Part shown: positions 1-13,873 of the stretch, in pieces
Layout: each line of letters opens with the position of its first letter
Position numbering within the stretch: position 1 is the first letter of the stretch
Origin: Fimicolochytrium jonesii
Taxonomy: Eukaryota
Length of the DNA stretch: 64,000 bases
Assembly (NCBI RefSeq): GCF_025526975.1
Contig: NW_026515701.1
Coordinates: 248,001-312,000 of the forward strand
Direction of reading: 5' to 3'
Notes under the pieces: model-generated
Told to the model about the DNA's origin: nothing
Database searches by the model: none
The model's input: only the letters and a program-made list of their open reading frames with translations
Made by a program: the position numbers and the translations under genes

Positions 1-1805
1 GGTAGCGGCAGCAGACATTGTGCGGAAGGTGGTGGTGCTGAGGCAGGGGAGGATGTGTGGGGAAGGAAGCGTTTGGCGAGAGATGAAGCGACGATGCGTT
101 TGCAAAAGGAGGGCGGAGCGGGGCCTCGTGGGTTGCAGCTTTATGAGTTGGGCGAAGCGTGGAAGCATTACCCCTGCGGGGCCGATCTCTCTCTGTCTTC
201 CCAACACAGAAAACAATGAAGGAGGGAAAAAGGACTGGCTATGTGGCATGCGCGTCAAACTGCCCTCATCGATAATGATCATTAGGCCACGGTCCGCCGG
301 AGACGCCCACTTCATCAAGCGCCGCTAATCAAACGGGCGTGTTCTGACAAGGTGCACGTCTAAGCATCGAGGGACAACGCGTGAAATGACATCACGCCCT
401 CGTGCTCCGCGTGTCTTGTCGCCAAAATCAGCGCCCAAGCGGACACTGAAATCGGAGCCAGCCCCAGCACTGCAAGAATTTGTCAATGGACAGCGTAAAT
501 GGACTTCCCTTCAGATCCATTCCATGTCCGATCCCGGTTCGCCCAGACTCCCGAATGAAGCCATCGCTGCAATGGCTGGGATGGCTTGTAGTGTACAATA
601 CATGTATGAATTTGTGCGATACCAGACGGTCTAGGATACGCGGAATCGTGGAATATATTCGATATGCCCTGTTCGAGCGGCATACCCGCCGATTTGCCTT
701 CGGGGTGCAGCCCCTTTATGAAAAAAGATGCAGCGCCGTCTCCAATGATGCCGAATATGGAAGGGGGAATCCGGCAAATCCACCGGAAACCGAACAAGCC
801 CGCGCCAGTCGCGGGAGCTCTCTCCTGCAGGAGAGGTTGCATATCGCTGATACCCCTGGCAAAATCGTGTCGGTCGTGCCGATGATAGCGGAAGATGCAT
901 TGTTACGAGGAAAACCGGACGAAATCAATGGACCCAATGAAACCAAGAGCTGCTCTGAGCGCCTCCTGGAGGAGAGCGCAAGGACTTGCCCTCCTCCGTG
1001 CTATTTTCGCTTGGGTCGATTTGTCTGGTTGATCCTTGGCTAGGGGTCGGACTGCCTGGACAACGGACCAAACGCGTCCCCTTCCGGTACTCGTTGCGAC
1101 GCGATTTTGCTTACGCGAACACGCGCATGCAATGATTCCCCCTGCGAGGACACATGCAGTCCGCGATGAAGTCGACCCGGCATTAGCAATGGCATTCCGG
1201 GACCGATCGCCATTTTGTCTCGCTTCCGGCGATTAAGAAGCAGCGCTGTTTAGGCGAGGTCTTCGTTTAGGCGCTGTTTCCTGTATCGAGACTGTTGAAG
1301 GTGTGACTTAGCGCTGCCTCGCGCCACATCTGCGCCACGCATCAAAGTCCAGTCTTCGGACATCCTCGCCCGCATGTCGGATCTGGATCTGGAACCCACC
1401 AAGTCGCCCCGCAAATTCGGCTCCAAATTCCTGCAAATCCCTCCCGACTCAAAACTCGAATTTATCCTCGACCCACCTCTCCAAACCCACCCGGAAATGC
1501 TCGGCGGCGCCATGCGTCGTTCAGAAGCCTCCAGCTCGCGCGGCACAGGGTCCAGCAGCAGTTGCATGTGGGGTCTAATGCTGGTCTATACTACAGGGGT
1601 GTTGCAGAATGCGGGTTTATGAGCTTGCTCGCGGGGGCGAAAACGCCCCTGGTTTCGCGCTATAATGATATTAAATCGGGGGCTCGTATTCGAATCACTT
1701 TCGGGAAGATGCGTGGTTGCCGCGGCGGTGATAACGAGGGATGCAGGTGCGTGACGGACGATGATGTTGTTGGTGGGGTGGGTAACATCGATTCAGGCCG
1801 CTGCT

Positions 1806-2634
1806 TTACTCCCTCGCCTGCACAACGCCAACCTGCGCCGGCCGCAAGCACCTGTTTCCGAGCTTGTATCCGATCTTGGCCACCTCAAACACCGTGTTCG
1901 GCTCCTTATCCGGGATAGGAGCCTGGAAAAGTGCCTCATGGAAGTTAGGGTCAAACACCTCCCCCTGCGGGTTGAACACCTCAATGCTAAACCGCTTGAA
2001 CGTCGCCTGCAGGTTTGAGCGGGTCATGTCGACTCCCGTATAGAGATTCTTCAAGGCTGCGTTCTCTTCCAGTTGCTCCTGGGGCACAGCTTTCAGGGCC
2101 AGGTCGAGGACGTCAGCAACGGAGAGGAGGTCTTTTGCGAATTTGGTGATTGCGTATTCTTTGGTGTCGGCGACTTCTTTGCGGGTGCGTTGGCGGACAT
2201 TTTCGGCGTCTGCTAATGCGCAGCGGTAGACATCCTAGACGGAAGATGGCATAGGTTAGAAATGCGCTCTTGAAGTTCAGTTCTTGCACGGAGCGGCCGG
2301 GCATTACCTGTAGTCCAGCAATTTGCTTCTCCTTCTCCGCAAGCGCAGCCTTCAGCTCCGACTCCGTTATTGTCTTCGGCTCGTTAGCCTCAGGGCCTTC
2401 CTCCTTTGTCGTCTTCTCCGCGGTTTGTTCCGCACCTGCAGCAGCTTCCTTGGGTGCTTCCTCCGTCGGTGCGGTGGAATATGTCCGGCTAGCCAAGAGT
2501 GGTGACGACCGGGCGGTGGTGTGGCAAAATATGGTGGGGAGGGAGGAGGTTTGCGAGAAGGTGGATGGACGGGCTTGGAAGAGTGCTGCTTCTCTTTGCA
2601 GAGAGCGCTTGATCACGCGGAAAGATGTGTTCAT
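1806..2634 (-). CDS. MGE1: Mitochondrial GrpE nucleotide-exchange factor (2 exons, intron ~2235-2307)
   Basis: Arg/Ser-rich presequence, then ...DVYRCALADAENVRQRTRKEVADTKEYAITKFAKDLL..., FDPNFHEALF and GYKLGNRCLRPAQVGV (GrpE signature). The GT..AG intron joins the frames. Confidence 0.95.
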
Positions 2635-3545
2635 TGCTGGAATAGGTTTGGTTCGGCCGAAACGCGGGTTGATGCAGAGTTTACGAGTCTGTCGGTTGTT
2701 TTCGACGAGTGCTGGGGAACTGCTTGTGGCTTCTGATACGTATGAATGCGTTCGACGGAGAAACGTTTGCGAGTTGCGAGGGGAACGAGTTGCGAGGGGA
2801 AGAAGAGGACCGCCTGGAAAGTTGGAAACAGGCCTGGAAAGATGGAAACGCACACGCGATCGGAATATTGGCGCGCTATTTGATGCTTTTGATGCTTTTG
2901 CAAATTAGATACAGGACGAGCTTCGCACTCCGGCAACGGAATGCCATTATTTAGATTCGTCAGCTGCCATGATAACATTCAATACGTAGCATGAGCTGCA
3001 AAAAATAGTCCCGATTGGAAGAGCTTTCCATATGTTCATCTGAGCACCGTATCTAAACGGAGTACCTAGGCGGGCTGTATCCAATTTCGATCAGACTCGT
3101 AGATCCCTTTGGGACACATCATGCCTCATCAATGTCCTCCCACTGAACCTGGGGAAACAACCCCGTTATCCAGGTCGCACTGGCTCTAACATGTTCGACG
3201 AAGCCTTATAATGTAGTTTGCAAGTATATCATACGCACGCGGGCCGAAGGGAACTCGTGATGCTGCTGTCCTTACCCAACTCACATCGAAGGCATATATA
3301 CAATCACCATCACTTTTGCAGTGCTGACGGAGGCTAGTACGTAGCGGGGTAGTAACGCGGCTTAATCTGGGTCTGCGGGGAGCGAATCCTCGAACGCGTG
3401 CACTGAAGAACACGCTGCTGTGCGACTCGCACTTCTCGCCTTCAAAGGCTTCCTCCCCTCCTCGCATATGGATTTCTGGCTTCTGTCGCTGCAACATCCC
3501 TAGTCCAGTCTCCTGCAAAACGACACTGCCCTTCGGCCCACAGCA

Positions 3546-6500
3546 ATGTCTTATTCGAACGGCGGATACAGAGGAGGAGGTACGGCCTGTCACTACTATA
3601 TCGGTTTCACGGATGTCGCCCTAGAAACAGTCATTTAATGATCTACCTCGATTCGTTGGTTCTTTTTAGGCCACCCAAGGAGGTCGAGGTATGAGGATCA
3701 GGAACCTCAACAGAGCCCGGAGGAAAGGAAACAGCAGGAAATCTCCTCGTATTTGTTTCGTCTGGGCGATGCGGTAGGTGGTTGCCTGATTTGCGGCACT
3801 CTATAAGGATAGTTGGTCTCACAGTCCGTCCTCAACCAGGGAAGCGAAGGACACGACCAAACGGTTGCAGTGAATGCCATCGCTACTCGATTGGATAAGG
3901 ATCATGGGGCATACCCAGATCTGGTTAAGAGCGCCATCAATGCCTGGTAAGGTGGCTTCGCTTGCCTTATAAATCCCACGTACAGCTAACCACAAAGGCT
4001 TTTCTTGCAGCATAACGCAGGTCCCACAAAAAACCTGCATATACGGCGCTCTGGTCCGTGTGATCGAATCGAATGGATCCCCTGTTGCGCAAACGTTTGT
4101 AGATGTCGCCGGAGACGCGCTGCAAACGGCGCTGAACGCAAACGACTTCCGGACGGTGAAAATCGTCCTACGGTTCCTTGCCGAGCTTATGAGCAGGGCG
4201 ATTATTTCTCCTGCACAGTTGATTACAGTATACGACCTGTTTCTGAATGTGACGAATGAGCCAGGGGTGCAGGTCGAAAGGGCAGATGCGTTCGTTTTTT
4301 CGATCCTAGCGAGCATTCCCTGGGGAGCTGAGCAGCTCAACGCGCGCGCCCCTGAAGAGCTGTCGCGGATCATGGGAACGGTGGAGAGCTACATCAATGC
4401 GCGAAGGGAGACGTTCTCTAGCACAGACATTCCGTACGCTTTGGAAGCGCTCAGCGAATACCGTGACGTTCCGGCGGACTGGCCTTATGCGCCGCGGGAT
4501 CGACTGGAAACGCTGTGGAATCAAATTGTCGACCTAAAGACTGCAGATCTGTGGGCGTCCAGGATACTCTACCGCCTTGATCTTGGGCCGGCCCCTGCGA
4601 TTGGGCAGGCAGCACACGCATTACAGGAGTTCAGTGTCACCCCGTCCCTCGTGGAGGTGAAATTCTCGTATCAACCGGTGCTTAGAATCTTCGACGATTC
4701 TCTGATGACGCCCGAGAACGCAATCATCAAACTCCCCTCGACGAACAGTATTTCTCGATACATTCTGGAAGACATGATATACGACATCGTCCGCATTTTC
4801 TCACACAACCACAAAGAGGCGTCCAGGCTGTTATGGCAACTGGAAAGCTTCTTGGACGGATTCTTCCTCGAAGACGGCAAGATCTCGTATTTGGCGAGCG
4901 TTGTGGAAACCCTCTTTGCGGAGATGCTTCGTCTGCCCCGCAGCGGCGAACGAGGGATGTACTACACCACACTCCTCATGGATCTGATCAAAGAAGATAT
5001 CCAAACGGTCCCGAAGATGATCGGACGGGCAGTGAGGACGCTGTATTCACGGCTTGACGGACCTGAGCATCTTGGCGGTGGAATGGACGTGGAAGGCATA
5101 AGGAGACTATCCGAGTGGTTTGCGGTCCACCTCTCGAACTTCGGTCATGTGTGGCCATGGCAGAGTTGGTAAGCTCGAAGTTTCACACGGTGGAAGCTGC
5201 CCAGTTGCTAACGTATCTGAACAGGGAAGCGGTGTTGAATGTCGAGCAGACGTCAGCTTCGTTCGTCTTCGTCCGTGAGACACTGGAGCGATCTACACGA
5301 CTAGCTTACTGGGAGCGTGTGCAAGGGAGCATCCCGGAATCTTTCGCTCAGAATGCGGCAATATTCCCTCCTCACGCCCCGACAACGAATTTCAAGTTCC
5401 AAGATCTGGAAGGTATGTCTGTGGGACAACTTGGCTTAGACCGCGCTTGATGCTGACAAAAAACCGTCTTCCCAGACTCGCCAAAGGCCGAGCTGATCGC
5501 GACATTCAGGAAATCCATGGCGGCGAGAACACCAGCACCAGAGTTGACCACTATTCTCCAACAAATCGCTCAACAACCTACAACGGATGGCATGAGCACC
5601 TCGGGTGAAGAGGACGCTCGGGAAGTTCTTGTTCAATGTGTGATGTTGCAAGGGAGCAAGAGTTTCAGTCACTTGCTGAATATTGTGGAGAGGTGAGAAA
5701 TCAGGCGCTTTATGTCCCAACGCAATTCGGCCAATTCACTGGCCGGTCCCATCAGATACGTTGGGTTGCTACGGGATTACAATACCACTGAAGAGGCGCG
5801 AGAGCACACAGTCCGCATCATCGCCGACTTCTGGAAACACAACACGCAGTTTTTGGAGATTGTGCTGGATAAATTCATGAACTACCGGGTTCTGGACCCC
5901 AAGAGTATCTACTCGTGGGTACTCAGCCCGGATGTGCTCGATTCCAACTACACTCGGTAAGCGCCAAGCCAATCGTATGAGGGCCTTCCACGGGAGCACT
6001 TCTCTTACGCACGGTTTATTCCCGCAGATTCTACTTCTGGTCCATCCTACGGTCGACATTAGCAAAAGTGAACCTAAAAGTGGAGCAGCTAACGCTGAAA
6101 GTGCAAGCAGCGAAGAAAGAACAGGACAGTTCCGACATGGACGTGGATGGGGATGCTACTGCCGCGCTTGATAAGAACAGAAGCGACGCGTTGCGCGAGC
6201 AGAAGGAGGTGTTTGTGCAGCTCTTCCAGAAGTTCGTGGACGTGATACGTGAGCAGTATGCCGTGTTTGAGTCGCAAGGAGTGGATCCCACCACGACGGC
6301 TTGGAATCGATGGGTGCTGGGCAATATGCGGGAGGTTGCTAGAGGGGTGAGTGCATCCTATGCTCTGTTGTCGTCTCCACCCAACCCGACAGTGACTATA
6401 TGATCTTCATCACGGCCCGCAGTTCCCCAACGAAGTAAAATCATACAAAGTCACACTCGACATGCTCGTCTTCCGCGAAGACATCGACGCCCGGATCCTG

Positions 6501-6557
6501 AAGGTCTGGCGCGAGATCAAGGGGATGTACGCCATTCACACTGACACACTGGTGTAA
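3546..6557 (+). CDS. NCBP1: Nuclear cap-binding complex large subunit CBP80/NCBP1 (MIF4G domains), multi-exon
   Basis: PQKTCIYGALV, KIVLRFLAEL, ILASIPW, YYTTLLMDL, EWFAVHLSNFGHVWPW, GSKSFSH and IVLDKFMNYRVL motifs. About 8 short introns; exon boundaries approximate. Confidence 0.9.
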
Positions 6558-7072
6558 AGATTGCCACATAGCGAAGATTGGGTGTACAATGTTTCTGAAT
6601 CGATGCGCCAACGTATATATATATAATCTCCAATCTCGAATCGATCAGTTTAGCGGTAGTGGTATGTAGCTGTGCGATGGGGACAGCACAGGAGGTGCTC
6701 TGAGCTTCTTATATTTGGTTTGCTGTGATAAATAAAGGCAGCGAATACCGGTTCCCTCTATGCTGAAACCACTTCATGCTACTTTCGATCTAGTGCCGGG
6801 CCGTTGCACTACCTTCTACGTGCACAGGGGGGGCGAAGGATGTCGTCGTCGATTTCAGTGCGGACATCGCGCCTACGTGCATGACATATCCGCACTGTAG
6901 CGTAGTCCATAGTCCCCACATGGATCTCTTCCAGGGAGACTGTGATTGCTCCAAAAAGATGCATAGCATTCGGCCATGCACACCATCTCATTTATACCCA
7001 GCATCGATACGAAGCGCCTCAACATCAATTCGGACGCATATTCGAACCCTCTCTCTCGCCTCCTGCGTCCCC

Positions 7073-7525
7073 CTACTTCTTCTTCTTCCCACCCTTCTTC
7101 GCCTGCTGCACCGGCTCCGGCGCCTTCTCGATCTTCTTGCTCTTCTTCGCCTGACTCGCATCAGGCGTGAATTCCGCAAAACTATCCAGATCAAAGTCCC
7201 CAAACGCCTTTTCGAATTTCGCCAGCTCGCCCGTCTGGTCGTCCAGGACGTTCAGTGCCGGATTCCACAGGGCGTGGTTGCGGGAGTCCTTTGTGAGTTT
7301 GAGGAGGGAGCGGGGTGAGGTGGAGCGAAGGGTGAAGGTGCTGCCGTCGGAGTGCATGATGGTTTGGTGGAAGGCGGGTGGGTTGGCGCCGACGGGGCGG
7401 AGGAGTGGGGTGGATGCCATTGTGCGGCGAAATGGCGTGGAGAGGCATGACCGGCACGACGAGGAGACAGCGAACTTTAGCGGCCGTAAGTGTGCGGCGC
7501 TGAGCTTTGTTGTTGATAGCGGCAT
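7073..7525 (-). CDS. Mitochondrial ribosomal protein bL31m (Mrpl36-like)
   Basis: Presequence followed by HQTIMHSDGSTFTLRSTSPRSLLKLTKDSRNHALWNP; Lys-rich tail. Confidence 0.8.
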   Translation of the reverse strand: MPLSTTKLSAAHLRPLKFAVSSSCRSCLSTPFRRTMASTPLLRPVGANPPAFHQTIMHSDGSTFTLRSTSPRSLLKLTKDSRNHALWNPALNVLDDQTGELAKFEKAFGDFDLDSFAEFTPDASQAKKSKKIEKAPEPVQQAKKGGKKKK

Positions 7526-7628
7526 GGTTGGAAGATGAGCGTTGGATTCTGTGTGTGGAATGCCGGTGCAAGAGATTGTCGATGCAAGTTGGGCGAGTTC
7601 CGAGACGCTTTGGACGAATCCAATTGGT

Positions 7629-7638
7629 GTCACGTGAC
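7629..7638. promoter_or_regulatory. Palindromic E-box GTCACGTGAC in a divergent promoter
   Basis: Perfect 10-bp palindrome between two divergent starts (7525 and 7888). ATCACGTGAC recurs upstream of SMG9 (51711-51720). Confidence 0.35.
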
Positions 7639-7887
7639 GGGGCCAGGAGTTTGCCCGGTCTCCCAAGTGCCTGACGACAAGTGCAGTTTCCCTCACCCAT
7701 CCGGCTCGAATTCTGGTGATTTAGGACCCCAATAGCTTCTTCCTAGATACACAGATCATATCGCAGGCGTCGAGTGACGCTCAGGTTAGCTTTGTTCGCA
7801 TTGCGTTTTTCATTCCGAGCAGGAACCGTTCATTTCCGCGTCGAGTCGCTAATACTCTTCGCAACCCAGCTCAACTTCCGAAATCCC

Positions 7888-8348
7888 ATGTACACATCGG
7901 CATCTCGCTCATTACCGCGGTTATCTCGCTCCGCTCCGTCGTTAGCGGGGCGGGGTGGGTCCGGTGGCAGCTCATTACCTCGCGCATCACCGACAACGTC
8001 CCCTCGCGCTACCCCCAGACAGCAACCCTCCCCCTCAGCCAGCTTCTCGTCCTCCGCCTCACAATCCGCTCCTAGTTCGCCATTACCGCAAAGCACGGCT
8101 TGCAAATCCTCCGTACCAAGTTCTTCAGGGTGTGTGGACTCGGTGAGAATTGGGGAGGGATAGTTCGCAATCCCAAAAGGGCGGCAGCTCTAACCAGCGT
8201 TCGTCCCAAATCATGTTTATCCAGGTCCCACCTGCCCTCGCGCGTAGCATCGCTCAGTCGTGCGTCCTCCGCCGTATTGCCATGCTGGACGCCGGTTCCT
8301 GCCTTGCCGATGATTTATGAGATGTTTGGAGAAGATGATGAGGGATAA
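7888..8348 (+). CDS. Small Ser/Arg-rich hypothetical protein (~120 aa, 2 exons), possibly mitochondrial
   Basis: Intron 8130-8224 (GT...ctaac...CAG) joins MYTSASRSLPRLSR... in frame to ...PALPMIYEMFGEDDEG*. Confidence 0.5.
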
Positions 8349-8991
8349 TGGGAATCGACGGGGGCGATGTGAATGGAAGGGATGTCATCACCGCAGGCGT
8401 TAGAGCCGCTGCTATTAGCCGTGTTTATCTTCACCATTCGAAGGGAACACGCAAACATCTGTCGTAAAAACGATGCACACGAGTTCAATACATGAGAAAG
8501 GCACCGCCGCAATCGCAACTGCTCGGATGAATCTTCGCATTTCTTGGAGACTGTTGGTTATTGTTCTCGGTGCTAACGCAAGCTGTCGGCACAGGAAAGT
8601 GATCTCTGAATGACGCCTCTTACAGGTGCGGCCTGGATGAGTGTTATCCTGCGTCGCGTATGAAGGGATGCGTGGTCTGGTTCTAATGAACCAGGACGCC
8701 GCGAAGATTGACCGAACCGACCCATGGAGCTTGTCCTCCATGCGCGATGGGCTCACCCCTTGTGGGACTTCTAAGGACTTTCGCGCGTGGACAGTTATGC
8801 CGGCTACATTTTGGAGGGACATGGAGCTCAATATTTGTCAATATCGAAAGTTAACCAGAGCAACAACAACATAGTGCAAGGACTAGGTGGTGGGTATATA
8901 TGTTTTTGGATTCAAAACTTCTGAATGGGGTTGCAATGCTCTGCACACTCGTTTATATACACATGTGGGTATCCAAAAATCCACGCTCACT

Positions 8992-10025
8992 CTAAGCGAC
9001 GTAGCCCATAATCTGGCTTTGGGCCGTAGAGGTGACCTTGCCAACAACAGCGGCAATCACCTTCTTCTTCGCGGCAGCGGCGGCGTTGTTGTACTTTTTG
9101 CCCATGTAGTCAAACATGGTCTCTGGCACAAAGTGCAACACGAGGCAGACCTTGCCCGCCGGCTTATCCTTATGCCTCAACTCGACCCACTGGGTGAGCA
9201 TTCCTTGCTTGTTAGCAGTCAAGAAGCCCTGAGGCACGGCGACGATCCCGGCGCCGACGAGATCGTGAGCGTTGTAGTCCTCGTCCCAGATGGAGACACG
9301 AAGCGAAGTGGGGACGGTGCCAGACGATGATTGGGGGACAGGGAACACGAGACGCTCGTTCCAGATCGGGGAGGCGCCCGGCTGGACTTGCGTCCTTTGG
9401 GCGGACTCGGTGGGCTCCTTGATGTCGTGGATGGCGGCTTGCGCCTGGCCGGCGGGGGTGTGGTCAAGTTCAACGATGACGTACTGTGTTGCGATGAAGG
9501 AGAGAGGTTCAGTTAGGACTCGTGTAAAAGCAAGAGGATGCTCGATAGACTCGAACTTACGTTGTCGTTCTCGCCGGTCCAATCCATCTTGGCCAGGTTC
9601 TCAGCCTCGAGAACGGTCACGGTCAAGATACCGTGTAGACGAGCATCAGGGTTGGCAGCGGTTGTCGCGTTTGGGTGCACCTTGGCGCTAGCCTCAGGGG
9701 CGTGGGGGAGGAGGCCATTTCCGGGAGCACCTGGGGCCTTGCTGGTGAAGTGACCAGGCTCGTTGGTAGCGCCGGCCATCCCACCGATGACACCCTCACC
9801 GTACTGGTGGCCCTCGGCGGCGGGGGCGACATTGGGGTTGGCGGTGGGGTTGGACGTGCCGGGAAGGGTGTTGACGCCGCTCTGGGGAACGGAGCGAGTA
9901 ACGGGTGGGTTGGTGTGGTCGGTAGTCTTCAGAGAAGCGTCAGTAACGGGGCCCTCGTGGTGAACATCGGCAGCCTTGTCGTGGTGGACGGCGGACTTAA
10001 TCTTGTTGGTGATGGAGGAAAGCAT
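8992..10025 (-). CDS. C2-domain protein with disordered N-terminus (intron 9484-9560)
   Basis: LTVTVLEAENLAKMDWTGENDN|YVIVEL...SPIWNERLVF...LRVSIWDEDYNAHDLVG: C2 fold with Ca2+-binding Asp residues. Confidence 0.9.
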
Positions 10026-11108
10026 TTTTAAACTGTCGATGATAGTTTTGTGTGATTAAATGTGGGGTTGATGTGCTATGCTGTGTGCAAGGTGTTTGTC
10101 TGGGGAAAGGAAGGACGGAGGCGAACCTCCCTTCCTTTTATAACCGGCCGGAGGCCACCGGCCAATGCAACGGACAGCCTCACGACGTCACGACTTCTCC
10201 CCGATGCTGTGCCTGTCCTGCCGAATGGTCTCGAAGAGTCGAACGGCGGCTGTCACCATCACATCCCAATTTTTGAGAAGGCGGGAAGAAGTGATGACGA
10301 GTGAGTGCCAAGCCGCATTCATACACAGTATTACGTTGATAAGTTGTGACCGTCATTTGGGTCAAAAGCCAAAACCAAAAATGGTAGGTCGTAGTCGTAC
10401 GCGTCCTACGACGCGTCTGCACGACATCGGACGCCGAGTGAGGCTTGCTTGTGCCAGGTCGGACGTGTCAGGGTGCTCCCGTGCTGTGCACCTCACCAGG
10501 ATCCCTGTCGATTCTCGAAAGAGACTTGCTGTCATCCGTTCCGCCTCAAACATGAGGGGCGGTCCCCCCTTTTCCTACGGCAATGCTCATCGCATCTACA
10601 TATACTGTACATAGTTGTTGAGCTTCATTCGACTCATCAGAGGACCCTGCATCTCACGCAGGATTGATGATGCTTTGGCAGGGATGGCAATTATTCAAAG
10701 AATCAAATTGAAGCCCCAACGTGGGGCTCTGCGTCCAAGACTCAGCAGCCTCGTTACGTATTTCTATTCGCCGGATGTCAGCGGGACGCAAGCAGTTATG
10801 GGGATTCCTTGACAGGATTCGACAGCGCGACTATCTCAAAGCCAATCTCCGCCGGTTTCTGGTGCCTGGTGCCAAACGCGCCAAAGAGCGAGAGGGTCCA
10901 ATGCTTGCCTGTTCCACTCACATTGTCCCGCTGCAATCTATGTGCGAACTTCGCAGAGAGATTCCATCGTAACCATAACTTGGAAGCACATAGACCATCG
11001 TTTCTTCGATTTGGAGGGAATCATACGCTAACTAACACCCACTGCGCGCTGGAGATCCTCACAAACCTCTTCCCGTAAGAATCTCCGATAGAGGCCGTTC
11101 GATTCAAC

Positions 11109-12400
11109 ATGGCAGTCCGCAACCTTCTCTTTCTCGTCCCTCTCATCTCCGCTCTCCTGCTTCCATCCACATCCATTGTCCAAGGGGGTATGGGCTCCAA
11201 CCCCGGGGCAGCCGTCCCAGGGGCTGTGAGCGATACCGAAAACATCGCCAATGCCGAAACGGTCGTAATTGCCGAGCCGGGCTCTACGGTGAACATCGCG
11301 GACGTAGGAACTGTTCCAATCATAATCCCCGCAGAGCCGCTCGTTCCCAACACTACAGACGCAAACCGAGAAGTCGACCCTCCGTACAAGCGCGACAGTC
11401 GATTCCATACCCGTGGAGCGCAGTCCTGGACGTCTGGCGCTATGGCAAATGGGTGGGAGTCGGATTGGAACCTGGCAAAGGACTCGTACGGGAGTCAGAA
11501 CCGGGCAGTGGTGCCGGATCCAGCCGGTGCTAAAGGGAAGGTGTTGCAAATCACATACCCAGCTGGTAAGTTCCCTCTGTACGCGGGTGTGAGTAAATCT
11601 GCCTAGGTTGACACAAAATAACGCCGGGCATCCGTTTGAATATAGGCAGCAGGAATCCAGCAGGCAGCAAAGTGGGAGGCACAGGTTTTTATGCCCAGCC
11701 CATCGATGTCACAAAGGCATCCACTATCACTTTCTCATACAAGATCATGTTTCCGGCGGGTTTCAACTTCGTAAAGGGCGGGAAGCTCCCTGGACTATAT
11801 GGTAAATATCTTTGCTATGCACCGCAATATCATGCCCCGCTGCTCACGATTGTTTCCTTATAACCAGGTGGCCACTATGGTTGCAGCGGTGGGAACTCCG
11901 CCCTGGACTGCTTCTCTACGCGTTTCATGTTCCGCACCAATGGACTTGGGGAAATCTATCTCTACGTGGATCGCAGTCTACAGGACCCTGGATTCTGCAA
12001 AGTCAAGCCGGTCACTCTTTGCAACCCCGTGTGTAAGTTCACCCAAGTCCAAGGGTTTATCCTGTGTTTCCCAGCTTAACGCTTTCCATAACCAAATTCA
12101 GATGGCGCTTCCATGGGGCGCGGCGCATATTCCTTCAAACCCGGCCAATGGGTAGCCATGAGCCAAACGATAACGCTCAACACGTTCAACGGGAAGAAGC
12201 CCAACAAAGATGGCCGTGTCCAGGTCTACTCGAACGGAAAGAAGGTGATCGACTTTGCGAAGGTGGTCTTCACACCGGCGCCGAGCGTCGGGTTCCAGGG
12301 TATCGATTTCGAGACGTTCTTCGGGGGTAATGACGACGCCTGGATCACGCCGACTACGCAAAAGGTCTACTTCAAGGAGTTTGCACTGAGTGCATACTAA
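11109..12400 (+). CDS. Secreted polysaccharide lyase family 14 (alginate/glucuronan lyase-like), 4 exons
   Basis: Signal peptide; LQITYPAGSRNP, GGTGFYA, FNFVKGGKLPGLYGG, CFSTRFMFR, GASMGRGAYSF and FETFFGG motifs. Confidence 0.9.
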
Positions 12401-12951
12401 TTGGGTGGAGGCTCGAGGAAGCTTAGCGCCCACGCTCCAGCGAAGCTCAGAGACGAATGCGGGAGGGTCGTCCAACCCGAACTGTAGTGCTCTGCTGATT
12501 CCGTGCACGGTTACCTTATTATTTAGTTACCCTACGTTCTGATGACTTCAGTGGTTAGTGTTAGTCCAGTCAAAAGATACGTGTACTGTAGATAACTTCG
12601 GAAACTGGTTGCGGCTTTTCCGTTGGATTTTGAGCAGAGTTCATCACTTAGGATCTTCGGTGGCCTGGTCTCCGCCGGAAAGAAACCTTCCATCGGAGTC
12701 TCCTCAAATCACAGCATTGAGTCTTGAAAGTACGATAGGCCACCTGATGGGGAATCGGATCAACGCCTTGCGGGACTTGCAAAATGTCTGGTTATGCCGG
12801 ACGCGACAGGAGATCCAACGTCACTACCTCTTTTCTAGCGGCTTGTCTGACTTCAAGCATCAGCCCAGTCCTCCCGAGCGCACCACGCACAAGACAGAAC
12901 CCCAAACTCAAAACCCTCTCTTACTCCGAACCTTGTACTCCGCTGCTCAAA

Positions 12952-13552
12952 ATGGCATCCTCTCCAGCAGATGGTGTCAAGGTCACAATTTTCTACTCGT
13001 CGGTAGCGGGCTCCTTACAGGTACGCGTTTGATCTCCGGGCCCTCGCCATGCGACGAGCAGATACAGTGCCCCTAGCTCGTATCGGGGCCGTGAGGACCC
13101 GCGTCCTAGCATTGCGCACAGTGCGTATGTCGGCCAGTCTATCGTCAACTCACGAACTTTGGAATGAATTTGACAGGTTAAGAAGAACCAAATACGAGTA
13201 GAGAACATCCTAGCAGCACGGAAGATAGAATACAAGCTAGTTGACGTTGCGGCAGAAGAGTAGGTTTCGAAGCTGCTTATAGCTTTGCAATATAGCATGA
13301 GGAAGTAACATACCTGGTCGCGCTTTTCAGGGAGGAGAGGGACTTTATGCAACGCAAGAGTGGGAAAATCTCACTTCCACAAATATTCGTCGATGGGGAA
13401 TACAGAGGGGTAACTTGGAGCAGTCCATCTTTCTACCTGGAATGGGAAAGAGAAGTTGTAACACACTCTGTGTCTTTGTCTAGGGTCCGGAAGAGCTCGA
13501 GGAAGCGAACGAGGATGGTGAAGCCGAGGTCCGGCTGTTCTTGGGATTGTGA
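12952..13552 (+). CDS. SH3BGR-like glutaredoxin-fold protein (4 exons, ~100 aa)
   Basis: Spliced product: VTIFYSSVAGSLQ|VKKNQIRVENILAARKIEYKLVDVAAE..|..RDFMQRKSGKISLPQIFVDGEYRG|GPEELEEANEDGE..RLFLGL*. No CxxC motif. Confidence 0.85.
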
Positions 13553-13873
13553 AGGGATTGTGAGGGGAGGGGATTTACTGGACGCTGCTCGATTCACGAA
13601 AGACGACGTGTGGAGCCAACGTTCCATGAATAGCCAGAGATTCCTCGAGATACATACGAAACGAGATGGACTTATACCAGCTTATAGAAGGAGGAGGCCT
13701 TGTGATGAAGGGGCCATGTTTATCTTGTGCTAAACGCAAAATGCCAATACATCTGTGCACAACGGACGTGAAATAACAATGTGGTGGCGAGAAAAAGGTA
13801 GTATATTCATATGGAATAAGGGTGTTCACGAGTGTGGGGTTGAGGAGTCAGAGGAAACAGAGAGTCTTTGTAG

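Noticed and set aside
1..18. Possible minus-strand start MSAAAT running off the window
   Set aside because: Too short to support a call.
480..1622. Plus-strand ORFs (187 aa, 82 aa) that might form a gene
   Set aside because: No recognisable motif and no convincing splice model.
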